A DNA stretch of 63,066 bases, filler included, from Salisapilia sapeloensis CBS 127946 (Eukaryota; Protista; Oomycota): assembly GCA_023334545.1 (NCBI GenBank). It is 6 parts of 6 records of this genome, joined end to end, with 100 filler letters (N's around TTAATTAATTAA, not from the genome) between each part and the next. Parts side by side here need not be neighbours in the genome. Positions count along the whole stretch, not along the records: positions 27,749 to 39,819 come from JAADVB010000418.1; positions 39,920 to 47,533 come from JAADVB010000513.1; 4 more parts are not named here. One strand, written 5' to 3'. The notes beneath the pieces are model-generated. The model saw only the letters and a list, made by a program, of their open reading frames with translations, ran no database searches and was not told where the DNA came from. The position numbers and the translations under genes were made by a program. How positions within the stretch are numbered: position 1 is the stretch's first letter; the number at the start of each line of letters is the position of its first letter. Of the stretch, positions 36,050 through 47,633 are shown in pieces.

Positions 36050-39000
36050 ATGTCTAGCGCCGGGGAGAAGCGTAGTCGCGGAGCGAGCACCGACAGCGCC
36101 AAGCGTCCTCGAACCCAAGCAGACTCGTCCAGCTCGTCGTTCACGCATGATCTAGAGAAGATGGCTCCAATCGCCACCAAGGCGACGTCCTGGCCACGCA
36201 AGCCGCTGCCGACGATCGATCCATCGACGCAGGACCAGGCTTTCCAGTGGGTCGACATTGACATGTACGATGGCCCTCCTCTGTCCTGCAACCCGCGAAG
36301 TGGCAAGCCTGTGCCTGGCGCGAAAGACCAGAACGCTCCTATCATTCGTCTCTACGGCGTCGACATGAACGGCCACAGCGCTCTGCTCCACGTGCATGGC
36401 TTCCTCCCGTACTTTTACGCTTCTTGTCCTGACAATTTCGACGCGAATCGCTGTGGAGACGTTCGTCAGGCTCTAGACTCGGCTCTATCGCAGCGTGATC
36501 GAGATACGTACGCTAGCAGCAAAGTCGTCGGTGTCCAAGTCGTCGAGGACAAGATGTCCATCTACGGCTATCAGTTCGACAAGCCGACTCGACTCTGGAA
36601 GATCTTTTTAAGTATGCCGACTTTCGTCCCGAAGGCTCGGTCGCTGCTGGAAGGAGGCCTGACGCTCCCTGGCGTCGACTATCGCTCGTACCAGACGTAC
36701 GAGTCGAACGTCCCATTCCTCCTCCGCTTCCTCATCGATCGAGAGATACAGGGCTGCAGCTGGGTGGAAGCTCCTAGAGGTTCCTACGCCGTTCGACACG
36801 AGAGCAGCAAGACATCTAGCTGTCAGATGGAGCTGGACATCGTCTACGAGGAGATCAAGAGCCATGCACCGGAGGGGGAGTGGGGCAAGATGGCCCCCTT
36901 CCGCGTCCTGAGCTTTGACATCGAGTGCATGGGTCGCAAGGGCCACTTCCCTGAAGCAGAGCAGGACCCTGTCATCCAGATCGCGAATGTCGTCAAGGAG
37001 CAAGGCGCCGACGCTCCGATCATCCGCAACGTCTTTGTCTTGAACACTTGCAAGCCGATCGTGGGCGCCCACGTCTTGGAGTTCGACAAGGAGAGCGAGA
37101 TGCTGGACAGTTGGGCTGCGTTCGTGCGGCAGGCGGACCCAGACATTATCACTGGCTACAACATTGACAACTTCGACGTTCCGTACATTCTGAATCGAGG
37201 CAAGGCTCTAGGTCTCTCGACACACGACCTCCTAGGGAGACTCAAGAACGTGCATGCTCGCATGGAGAAGAAGTCGTTCTCGAGCGCCCAGTACGGCAAG
37301 AGCGAGAACGTCAAGACGACCATCCACGGCCGCACATCGTTCGACCTGCTGCCGATCATGCGGCGGAACTACCAGCTCAGCTCGTACAGTCTCAATGCCG
37401 TGAGTGCGCACTTTTTAGGCCAGCAGAAGGAGGACGTGCCGCATGGGATCATCAGCGACCTCCAACGCGGGACGGACGACGACCGCCATCGGCTGGCTGT
37501 CTACTGCCTCAAGGACGCCTACCTGCCCCTCCGCCTCGTGGACAAGCTGTCGTTTCTGGTCAACTACATCGAGATGGCGCGAGTGTCCGGCGTCCCCATC
37601 AGCTTCCTCATCGACCGAGGGCAGATGATCAAGGTGCTCGCGATGCTTCTGCGCAAGTGCCGCCAAGCCAACCTCGTCGTCCCTGCGCTCCCGAAGACCC
37701 AGAACGGAGGAGACGACGCGGGCTACGAAGGTGCGACGGTCATCGACCCGATCAAGGCGTACTACTCGGTCCCGATCGCGACGCTCGACTTTGCGTCTCT
37801 CTACCCCTCCATCATGCAGGCGTACAACGTCTGCTACAGTACGCTCGTGGCGCCTACGGACGTGTCTCAGTTGTCGGAGGGAGATTTCGACAAGTCTCCT
37901 TCTGGAGATGTCTTTGTGAAAGCTACGAGGAAGAAGGGGATTCTGCCCATGATCCTAGAGGAGCTCCTGAGCGCTCGGAAGAAAGCCAAGCGAGACATGA
38001 ACGCCGCGACGGACCCGATGGAGAGGGCGGTGCAGAACGGGCGGCAACTGGCGCTCAAGGTGAGTGCGAACTCGGTGTACGGCTTCCCAGGCGCGACGCT
38101 CGGCCACCTGCCGTGCATCCCGCTGGCGTCGAGCGTGACGGCCTACGGTCGCATGCTGCTCTTCAAGACGAGAGAAGAGGTGGAACGAGTGTTCACCAAG
38201 GCCAATGGGTACGCTGCGGACGCCCAAGTCGTGTACGGAGACACGGACTCGGTCATGGTCAAGTTTGGCGTCGAGAGCGTGGCGGAAGCCATGCCTCTGG
38301 CGGAAGAAGCGGCGGAGAAAGTGTCCTCCATCTTCCCTCGTCCCATCAAGCTCGAGTTCGAAAAGGTCTACTGCCCCTACCTGCTCATGAACAAGAAGCG
38401 ATACGCTGGACTCCTCTGGACCAAGCCAGAGACGTACGACAAGCTGGACAGCAAGGGACTCGAGACCGTCCGAAGAGACAACTGCCTCCTGGTGCGACGC
38501 ATGGTCGAGACGTGTCTGCGGAAGATCCTAATCGACCGAGACGTCCAAGGCGCAGTCAGGTACACCAAGGGTATGATCGCCGAGCTGCTGCAGAACCGGA
38601 TGGACATCTCGCTGCTGGTCATCACGAAAGGCCTCAAGAAGGTTGTGGGGCAGGACGACTACAAGGCCAAGCAGGCGCACACGGAGCTGGCGGAGAGGAT
38701 GAGGAAGAGAGATGCTGGCAGTGCGCCGGTGCTGGGCGAGCGAGTGGCCTACGTGATCGTCGACAAGGGCAAGAACACGCCGCTCTACGACAAGGCAGAG
38801 GACCCTGTGTACGCGCTCGAGCAGAATGTCCCGATCGACTGCGACTACTACTTGAAGCAGCAGCTGCAGAACCCGCTCGAGAGAATCTTTGAGCCGATCA
38901 TTGGCGAGAGCAAGGTCAAGTCAGAGCTCTTGCATGGAGACCACACGCGCAAGAGAGCGCGGCCGGGCCTGCGGCAGAACTCTGGCGGCATGATGAACTT

Positions 39001-39301
39001 TGCCGTGAAAAAGATGAAGTGTCTCGGGTGCAAAGCCCCGCTGCAAGGCGCTGGAGCACTCTGTAATAACTGTAAGGAGGATGAAGCCAAGGTCTATGCG
39101 CAGCAGCTCACGAGTGTCAACGACCTCGAGCACCTCTTCTCTCGCCTCTGGACGCAGTGCCAGAACTGTCAGGGCAGTCTGCATCAGGACGTTCTGTGCA
39201 CGTCTCGCGACTGTCCCATCTTCTACAAGCGCATCAAGGTGCAGAAGGATCTAGGAGAAGCCCAGTCGGCCCTCGACCGATTCCACTCGGTCGAGTGGTA
39301 A
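36050..39301 (+). CDS. POLD1: DNA polymerase delta catalytic subunit
   Basis: ExoI SFDIEC, ExoII GYNIDNFD, ExoIII YCLKDA, motif A DFASLYPSIM, motif B QLALKVSANSVYG, motif C YGDTDS, C-terminal CysA (CLGC...CNNC) and CysB (CQNC...CTSRDC). Confidence 0.97.
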   Translation: MSSAGEKRSRGASTDSAKRPRTQADSSSSSFTHDLEKMAPIATKATSWPRKPLPTIDPSTQDQAFQWVDIDMYDGPPLSCNPRSGKPVPGAKDQNAPIIRLYGVDMNGHSALLHVHGFLPYFYASCPDNFDANRCGDVRQALDSALSQRDRDTYASSKVVGVQVVEDKMSIYGYQFDKPTRLWKIFLSMPTFVPKARSLLEGGLTLPGVDYRSYQTYESNVPFLLRFLIDREIQGCSWVEAPRGSYAVRHESSKTSSCQMELDIVYEEIKSHAPEGEWGKMAPFRVLSFDIECMGRKGHFPEAEQDPVIQIANVVKEQGADAPIIRNVFVLNTCKPIVGAHVLEFDKESEMLDSWAAFVRQADPDIITGYNIDNFDVPYILNRGKALGLSTHDLLGRLKNVHARMEKKSFSSAQYGKSENVKTTIHGRTSFDLLPIMRRNYQLSSYSLNAVSAHFLGQQKEDVPHGIISDLQRGTDDDRHRLAVYCLKDAYLPLRLVDKLSFLVNYIEMARVSGVPISFLIDRGQMIKVLAMLLRKCRQANLVVPALPKTQNGGDDAGYEGATVIDPIKAYYSVPIATLDFASLYPSIMQAYNVCYSTLVAPTDVSQLSEGDFDKSPSGDVFVKATRKKGILPMILEELLSARKKAKRDMNAATDPMERAVQNGRQLALKVSANSVYGFPGATLGHLPCIPLASSVTAYGRMLLFKTREEVERVFTKANGYAADAQVVYGDTDSVMVKFGVESVAEAMPLAEEAAEKVSSIFPRPIKLEFEKVYCPYLLMNKKRYAGLLWTKPETYDKLDSKGLETVRRDNCLLVRRMVETCLRKILIDRDVQGAVRYTKGMIAELLQNRMDISLLVITKGLKKVVGQDDYKAKQAHTELAERMRKRDAGSAPVLGERVAYVIVDKGKNTPLYDKAEDPVYALEQNVPIDCDYYLKQQLQNPLERIFEPIIGESKVKSELLHGDHTRKRARPGLRQNSGGMMNFAVKKMKCLGCKAPLQGAGALCNNCKEDEAKVYAQQLTSVNDLEHLFSRLWTQCQNCQGSLHQDVLCTSRDCPIFYKRIKVQKDLGEAQSALDRFHSVEW

Positions 39302-39350
39302 CCTCTAAGCTAATGCAACGTTCACGTTCGTTTCATTTCTTTATTACAGC

Positions 39351-39819
39351 TTAACTTCTATTGATCGCACTTGACCTGCACTGTGCTACCAAGAGCGTGC
39401 AGAGCGTGTGGTGCGGCAGGTGCTGCTTGGCAGCGATGATGGCTTCGATCTGAACGGACCGGAGAAACTCCATCCGGAGGCGACACAGCTCCTGCAGGTG
39501 ACTCTCAGCGTCCGGAAGAGATACATCCACACTCTCGCGCGTACTCAGCGTCGGTGAAACCTTTTTGAGGAAGCGAAACGACGGACAGTTGGACAGTTTC
39601 TTGAGCACTCGCATCGGATTACTGTGCAGCTTCTTCGACAGAAACTCCCGGACGCTGCTCCCACGCTCGAGCTGGATCACGCCGAGGTCGATCAGCTGGA
39701 TCAAGAGGACGCTGTACTCGACCTCCTCGGCGTTCCATCGGCCTTTGCGAGGTTTACAGATGTAGGTGAAGATACTGCCTGGTTCAAAGCCCTGGCGGAA
39801 GAAGGTGGTGGCCCAGTCG
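39351..39819 (-). CDS. Stramenopile-type Myb-like/HTH protein, 5' end lost in gap
   Basis: Open from the gap: KPRKGRWNAEEVEYSVLLIQLIDLGVIQLERGSSVREFLSKKLHSNPMRVLKKL, matching the R-x-G-[KR]-W...LR-x-FL-S-x-x-L-x-x-x-PMR-x-x-KK pattern common in oomycetes and diatoms. Confidence 0.7.
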
Positions 39820-39919
39820 NNNNNNNNNNNNNNNNNNNNNNNNNNNNNNNNNNNNNNNNNNNNTTAATTAATTAANNNNNNNNNNNNNNNNNNNNNNNNN
39901 NNNNNNNNNNNNNNNNNNN
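39820..39919. other. Assembly gap linker
   Basis: 44 N + TTAATTAATTAA + 44 N. Confidence 0.97.
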
Positions 39920-42900
39920 GCAGACAGAGCTCCTTCAGGTCGACGTTGTCAAGCGTGACGACGCCGGCGTCGGGGTCGTAGAAGCGCTCGAGGAGTGAGA
40001 TGGCCGTGCTTTTGCCACTGCCACTCGCTCCGACGAGTGCCACTGTCTGCCCTTGCTTGACCGTCAGAGTGTAGTCCGAGTAAACCTTTGAATCAGGTCG
40101 AGATGGGTAAGTAAACGCCAAGTTTTGCAGTTCAAGATTCCCTTGGACAGCTTCCAGTTGCTTGCCAGCCTCTGACGTCGGGTCAATGTTGGTTTCCCGA
40201 TCGATGATTTTAAAGATGTTGACTGCCGCTTTCTTTGCCTTTGCCCCGTCCGTCATGTTTTGAGCAGCCATTCCGACGGCAAACGTGCACAAGATGAGCA
40301 CCATCATGACGACAAACATGTTTTCAAACTCGACCGTACCATCTGCAACCCACATGCCACCAAGATAAAAGAGCAGCGCAGCAAGCATAAAGAGCGCTCC
40401 TTGCGCGACGCCGAACATCAAACCCCCATAGATGCCCATCTTGATGTCGATCCACTTTGACGTGTCTAGGAAGGTGGCATAGTGCACTCGGATGAGGTTT
40501 TCCATGCCCAAGGACGCGACCGTCCGGATGGAGGAGATGGCTTCGGATAAGAGGGATCCGGCCGAGTCATCTGCAGCGTTGTTCTTCCGGTTGTTCAGTG
40601 TACCGGATGCGATCTGTGCTGTTAAGTAGCCAAACAGCAGCATGATCGGCAACGTCGCAATCGTGACGAGTGCCATGCGCCAGCTATAGTAGAGTGAAAT
40701 GCCAATGCCAATGCCGAGTGTCGTCAAGTTAACAAGACCCTGGTTGAGTGTTTCTGACGTCATGGCCTGGAGCATGGCCGTGTCACTTGCTAGTCGAGAC
40801 ACAAGAGCGCCTGATGCGTTCTCTTCCAAATCAAACCACCCGACCTCTTGATGCAGCATTGCTTTGAATGTCATCAGACGCACACGCGTCACGAGTCTCT
40901 GGGATGCGACAGCAAAGCCCCAGTTCTGCACGAGGATGCTGAGGCCGAACAAAATGCCGAGTCCGACAAAAGACAAACACCAAATACGGGCAGCGTCCCG
41001 CATCTCTTCCGACGTCTTTGAGAAGTCATACAGCAGTACGATGATCTTGGTCAGGATGACACCCCAAATAGGGAACACAGACGCGTTGAGTACCGCACCA
41101 AAGCTTCCGACGACCATGTACTTCCACTCCGGTTTGCCAAGTTTCCAAATGCGGCCAACTTGTGGTTTCTCATTCTTTTCCTTCTCTTCATCGATGTCCG
41201 ATGCTACGTCATGAGTAGGTTCTTCTTGATCCAGCTTCGCCTCTTGCTTTGAAGTAGACAGCGAGAGATCCGTAGTGTCTTCGGACGGCCCACTGCTGCT
41301 ATGCCTATTAGTGCCCTTCGTCTGTGCCTCCACAAGCTCACGGTAGTGTCCCCCTTCAATCTGCATCAGCTCCTCGTGAGACCCTAGTTCGATTATCTTG
41401 CCTTCACTGTGCACTGCAATGCGGTCTGCGTCCCTAATGGTCGACAGTCTGTGTGCTATCACGATAGTCGTCCGAGACGTTTCCGCCACTAGTTTGTCGA
41501 GCGACTCCTGCACAACACGTTCACTTTCAGTATCCAAAGCACTCGTAGCTTCATCGAGCAAAAGGATAGGTGGGTTTTTAATAATAGCTCTTGCAATCGC
41601 AATGCGTTGCTTTTGACCGCCAGACATCTGCGAACCTTTCTCGCCCACATCCGTGTCGAAACCGTTTGGAAAGTCAGCGATAAAGTCATACGCATTCGCC
41701 ATTCGCGCTGCCTCGAACACTTGCTCGTCAGTAGCATTCGGATCGCCGTACCGGATATTTTCCAAAATCGATGTAGCAAAGAGAGATGGTTCTTGACCTA
41801 CAAGACCGATCTGCTGCCGTAGCCAATGGACACTAAAGTCCCGAATGTTGTGTCCATCCAACTTGACGCTCCCAGCCTTTGGATCGTAAAAGCGTTCAAG
41901 AAGAGACACGACTGTGCTCTTTCCGCTGCCACTCGGGCCAACGAGAGCCACCGTCTCACCAGGTGCGATATGCAAAGTGTAGTCTCGGCAGACATTAACG
42001 TCAGGCCGAGAAGGGTAGGCAAAAGTAACGTTCGCGAGCTCAATGCTTCCCTCCACTTTCTCCAGAGAAGACCCGGCGTCGCTCATCGGGTCAATCTCGG
42101 ACGGCTTATCAATCACATTAAATACTTCATAGGCAGAGGCACGTGCTGCGAATATCGCCTGAACGCTAGGAGCAGACTGACCCAACGCTGTGGCACCCAT
42201 AATCATGACGAAGAAGATGGTCATGACTTTGCCTCCATTGTAGCACTGATCACCTTCGCATGGCGAGTCACCTAGCTGGTCGTTGGACACTTGGACACTT
42301 CCATAGTACAGACCAGCGCTGTAGGTGCAATACATGGTGAAAAACATGACTCCCGTGCCCCAACCGACCGCAACCCCTTTTTTAATACCTGCCTTGGTCG
42401 TCTCTACTAGTGAGCTTTCGTACTTGTTGACAAAGGAAGGCACGGCATTGAACATGTGAACGGTCCGAATGTTCGCAAGTGCTTCTTGGGCAATCGCACC
42501 TGCCTTGCCGTACGACTCAATACCACTCTGCGTAGCTGCAGTCATGGACCGTATAGCTAAATAGGCAGCGATGGCGATGACCGGCATGAAGGCAATGATG
42601 ACGAGAGTCAAATCCCAACCCTTGACGAATCCGATAATGATTCCCGAAAAGCCCATCGAGAAGAAGTGAAGTCCGTCTCCAATTTTACGGCCCATGCCTT
42701 CTTGGATCGTCACTGTCGAGTCTGCCACGCGAGATGCTAGTTGTCCAGGCTCATTCGTATCAAACCATCCGATCTCTTTTGTCAAGATAGACTGCACATA
42801 CGCTAGTCGAATACGCTTCGACTGACGGGAAGCCGTCCAGGACCACGTGAAAACCTGGACAAACCCAGCGACGATCATACCAATGGCGACGAATGCAAAG

Positions 42901-43334
42901 TGAGAAGCCACGACATTGACGTCACTGCGTAGATCGTCAGCTTTGGCAGGATCAGTGGGGTTAAAAGCGTTGAGAACGTCTCCAACGAGGATAATTTGTA
43001 TCGGCTGACCAAGTCCTGCAATCAGTGCAAAGATCGTACCTGTGATCATAAGCAATCGATCATACGTGTCGGCGTACTTGAATAGCTCTCGCAACGAGAC
43101 CATCTTCGTCGGCTTCTTGACTTCAGCATCTTTGCTGTCTCCAGATTCAGTAGGTTTCTCGGCATCTGCAGAAGGTTTGGAGTTGGCTAGAGCTTGGCTT
43201 TTGTCTACTACTTCTCCCTTTGGTGATTGCACAGCCTGATACGATGTCTTTGGGCTAGAAATTTGGTGCTTTCCAGTGTCCTGTGAAGTTTCACCGAGAG
43301 ATTCTTCCTGTCCAAGCTTGCGGTCTTGCGCCAT
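39920..43334 (-). CDS. ABCB1: ABCB/MDR (P-glycoprotein-like) full transporter, truncated in NBD2 by the gap
   Basis: TMD1, NBD1 (GPSGSGKST, MSGGQKQRIAIARA, LLDEATSALD), TMD2, start of NBD2 (GASGSGKST). Likely start is MAQDRK at 43334. Confidence 0.95.
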
Positions 43335-44812
43335 AACCTTCCACGAGAGCTTTGATTTGATGCAAGCAAGGACAGAATGCAGAATGAATCCATCTCGCGC
43401 CCGTATGAAATTGAAGTTCGAGGGAGTCCAAGCCAATCAGACTTTGATTGCTTTTTCTCAGAAATTGATAATCAACCGAGAGATGGATGTACACATCGTC
43501 GTTAGCTAGCGGCTTGGCCATTTCATCATGTACGCTATTTATTTAGACACTAGCGCCATCAAGATTATGCGTTTTGATTTTCACAAGACGTATTTCTTTT
43601 AGCATGCTTCCCCAGTCGCCCTTATCGTAGTAGTTGTACCAGCCTCTGCACTTAGTAGAACCTCCATTGAGCAGTCTGCTGTACTTTTGCGATTTGACCA
43701 CCATTACGATCACCCTCACTTCTTGCTGTGTGGCCGACTTCATTTTAGTGTAAAACACGCACATAATATAACCTCATTTGAAGGAGGAATACTCTCAAGC
43801 AATGGCTCAAATTATTCCGTCCGAAAGAATACATTAGATTGGTTTGGCACCTAACTTGTCGCTCTGATGCTTGTGCTGGATGGAGTAATATACTTCTAGA
43901 GAAAAGTGGCATCAACGCTGAATGGAAACCTCGCAAATCAAAGTTGCTAGAAGTTTGTTGGTAGGCTGACACGATTGAGCTAAGAAATAAGTGCTTGTTT
44001 GGATCCTCGCTGGAATCACAATAAAAGCCTGAAATTGCAACTTAAAGGCGATTGTAATTGTTTGGACAATTGCGTTGCCAAACACTCCCTGATCTGGCGA
44101 GAAATAGGATACGAAGAGTACTTTACGGAGCAGTTCACGGAACGGTAGAAGTAAGAAAGTATTCTTACTTTCTCGGTATATTGTGAAGGGTGATAGATGG
44201 AAGAGGAAAATGACTGCATTTTGAAGACTCTTCGCGCTGGACAGTGCCAATCCTTACTTATTTCCTATCTCCTCTTCTCTAGCTACATATATCCATCATA
44301 GTCCTCTCGGACCTTTCGGCTATCTCTCCAGTTTAATGTCACATCCGCTCTTACTTTTGATTCTTGAACAAAAATCCGATTGAAATGCCTTGCGCCGGTA
44401 CACCAGTTGATGCAAGAAGGCACGATGAAGTCGAAACACGAAGGTTACCATGACTGGATTTTAACGACCGCAACGAACCATGGCACAAGACCGAAATCAA
44501 AACCAAAGGTAGTGTATTTTATCACGTAGTGCCTCTCTTCGGAGTTGTGGCTGCATGGCAGCTTCTTGTCTTACATTTTAAACTAGGACTAGATTTAGGA
44601 TTCATCGTTTTAAGCCATTTGATCCCATGATTTTGACATTACAATTCAATATTGAGACGATCCAAAAAGGCCCTAAGATAACGACACAAAGATGTGATAG
44701 TGCCTGGTTAACAGACCCTCTCATTTGCGTCGAGAAGAACGATCCGAAGTGATTGTCTCCCTGTTTATTGTTATCACAGTAGATCTATTGCATGTCTGTT
44801 CGACTATGCTAT

Positions 44813-45022
44813 TAGAAGGGTTCAAAGTAGTAGAATGCTGTCTTATATTTCTTGCGTTCTGATGCGGATGTCTTGATCGTCATATTTTGATACTTTTGGA
44901 TTCTGATATGTAAATATCGGATGCTGATTATTTTAAAGTCCGATATTTATTCAGGTTGCTGGATAATCTCGAACACATATGATGGATAAATGTTGTCCAA
45001 TTCCAGTACTTTGGACCCCCTA
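44813..45022. mobile_element. Second MITE-like element, about 210 bp, with related TIRs
   Basis: Left end TAGAAGGGTTCAAAGTAGTAG versus right end reverse complement TAGGGGGTCCAAAGTACTGG. AT-rich non-coding interior; TIR resembles that of 13153-13397. Confidence 0.45.
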
Positions 45023-46192
45023 TTTAAAGTATAACCTTCATATAGCTATTAGTCTAGGTTTCCAGAGGCGAGATCTCGATGTACATCTATTCGTCTGGGC
45101 GAGACTAATTAGTTGTACAGACTGAATGAAATGGACGGCATAGCAAATTTTAAACTTCAGCAATCCTCCGGAATGTTTGCCAATTGGGAAGCGGCCCCAC
45201 CGCTCTCCATGTGTATCTTGGATACATCGATCTAGCTTTCCAGGAAAAAGTCGAAGGGACTTGCACGGAAGATTTCTTAGCCAGGTGACAACGCTTGGCG
45301 TAAACATGCCTGAAACATTTTCTTCAGCACGCAAGGATCTTGAGAATGTGCATTTGGTTCAGGAATGGTTGTAGTTAATAAAACTTTAGTTTGTAACTCT
45401 TCGTGTGGTAGGAAGAACAAAAGCAGTTTACTATGATGTTCGTGGTGGTACTCTGACCATCGGCATAGGGATTCAGACGATATCCAACTAGGTTGTGTAT
45501 GCGTTGTAGTATCTCAGCGCAATGCCCTGCATATGTCGTGTCCCCGAGTTTCGAGACGATATAATGTTATAAGATCGTAATATTGTGGATCAACGGGTAG
45601 ATACATCGTACTGTAGTTCGTTGTCTCACTGAGGTGAGTAGCAGCTCGTAAAAGCATTGTACAATAATCTCTCATTCATGACGTCTGATCTTCGCTCATC
45701 GCATAAAGCTACATCTTTCCTTGCAGTCTAGCATGGGTTCAGTACCGTCATTTTGAGCTATCAATACCTTTGTATCTCCTTCCAGACCAGACTACAATGG
45801 CACGGATGAGAAATGCGTAACAGACATCAAATACATTTTAGTAAATTTAAATGTAGTTAAAAGTCGACATGAATGCGTGCCTGGATACATTACCTCTCTT
45901 CTCATCCATCTTATTATCCTAACCCATCTACGCTCTATTTTCATCTGGAAGCCATAGACATAAGGCACGAGGATGGACTAAGCATCTGATCGCCACCGGT
46001 TGTGCTCCTTCGCGCCCTGACCGGTCGGAAGATTCACCGAAGTCACTCTGCGCTACTGTGTGTCAACGGAAATATAGTTCTATTTCCGTTCAAGCTTTAA
46101 CTCGCGAAGAGCCTTTCTTCCATTCATTCAGACAATTGCCTTCAACTACCAACACCTCTGTCTACAGCTTAATTTGAACGAGTGCAAAAGCA

Positions 46193-47533
46193 ATGGGAAG
46201 CTCAGCCGTAGCCGCTCATGATGAGCATGAGTACCATGCCGTCGAGACTCCTACCGCAAAGGAATCCCCGATCATGAATGATACGAACGCAACCACCGAA
46301 AAGCAAGAGGCAAATGTCGTGCCTTTTACGAAACTCTTTTCCTACGCAGATGGCCTTGACAAATTGCTCATGGTCACTGGTGCTATCGGTGCATGCGCCA
46401 CTGGCGTTTCTCAGCCACTGCAAATTGTGCTCTTTGGAGATGTTTTGAACGCCTTCAACCCAGCTTCAATTGCCGAAGGTGCGGACATCACGGGACCGAT
46501 TAACACTGTGTCGCTGCGCTTTGTCTACGTCGGCGTCGCTGTCATGCTCTGTGGCATGCTACAAGTTGCGTGCTGGTCGATCACGGCTTCTCGACAGGCG
46601 AAACGTATCCGAAGCGCCTACGTTAACGCCATCTTGACGAAAGACATTGGATGGTTTGATGTGAATGATCCAATGCAGCTAGCCACTCGCGTGTCTGAAT
46701 CTAGCTTCACGATCCAAGAAGGCATGGGTCGGAAAGTCGGAGACGGACTCAATTTCTTTTCTATGGCTGTCTCTGGCATCGTCATCGGCTTTGTGAAAGG
46801 ATGGGAACTATCTCTCTTGCTTCTCGCCTTCACACCTTTCATTGCAGCAACAGCCTACTTAGGCATGAAAGTGATGGCCCAGACTACACAGAGCGGCATC
46901 GATGCTTATGGTCAAGCTGGTGCAGTCGCCCAAGAGTCGCTGAGCAACGTCCGAACAGTCCACATGTTCAACTCGATCGACTACTTCATCAATAAGTATG
47001 ACGAAGCACTTGAAATGTCCGAAAAGACTGGCATTAAGAAGGCGTTGGCTGTCGGTTGGGGCACCGGACTTATGTTTTTTTCAGTCTACTGCGCCTACAG
47101 TGGAGGGCTCTACTATGGTGCGATCAAGGTAGCAGACGACAACCTCGGTGACACTGTGTGTGAAGGAAGTGGATGCTACGATGGAGGAAAGGTGATTACT
47201 GTATTCTTCTCTATCATCATGGGCGCCATGGCATTGGGTCAGTCCGGACCTAGTGCACAGGCCATGTACTCTGCTCGAGCTGCTGCGTACGACGTTTTCA
47301 AAGTCATTGAAATGCCATCTAAAATCGATCCAACATCGGATGCTGGGAAAACGTTGGACAAGGTGGATGGAAGTGTTGAAATTGACAACATAACATTTGC
47401 TTACCCTTCTCGACCGGACGTCAAAGTATGCGAGAACTACTCGCTCTCAATCAAGGCCGGTGAAACCGTGGCACTTGTCGGACCAAGTGGAAGTGGTAAG
47501 AGTACGGTGGTGTCGCTCGTAGAACGATTCTAC
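46193..47533 (+). CDS. ABCB1: Second ABCB/MDR transporter, truncated in NBD1 by the gap
   Basis: TMD1 highly similar to the minus-strand copy (TIQEGMGRKVGDGL, FAYPSRPDV, GETVALVGPSGSGKSTVVSLVERFY). Confidence 0.93.
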
Positions 47534-47633
47534 NNNNNNNNNNNNNNNNNNNNNNNNNNNNNNNNNNNNNNNNNNNNTTAATTAATTAANNNNNNNNNNN
47601 NNNNNNNNNNNNNNNNNNNNNNNNNNNNNNNNN
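47534..47633. other. Assembly gap linker
   Basis: 44 N + TTAATTAATTAA + 44 N. Confidence 0.97.

Noticed and set aside
37657-38892. 411-aa alternative-frame ORF inside POLD1
   Set aside because: Arg/Gly/Pro-rich shadow frame expected from GC-rich codon usage; no recognisable domain.
36050-39301. POLD1 as a horizontally acquired or viral polymerase because it is intronless and GC-rich
   Set aside because: It has the eukaryotic CysA/CysB C-terminus and typical Pol delta motifs; other native genes here are also intronless.
43335-43436. N-terminal extension MAWTPSNF... of the ABCB ORF
   Set aside because: Begins at a non-ATG codon and looks like 5' UTR; MAQDRK at 43334 is the first ATG in frame.
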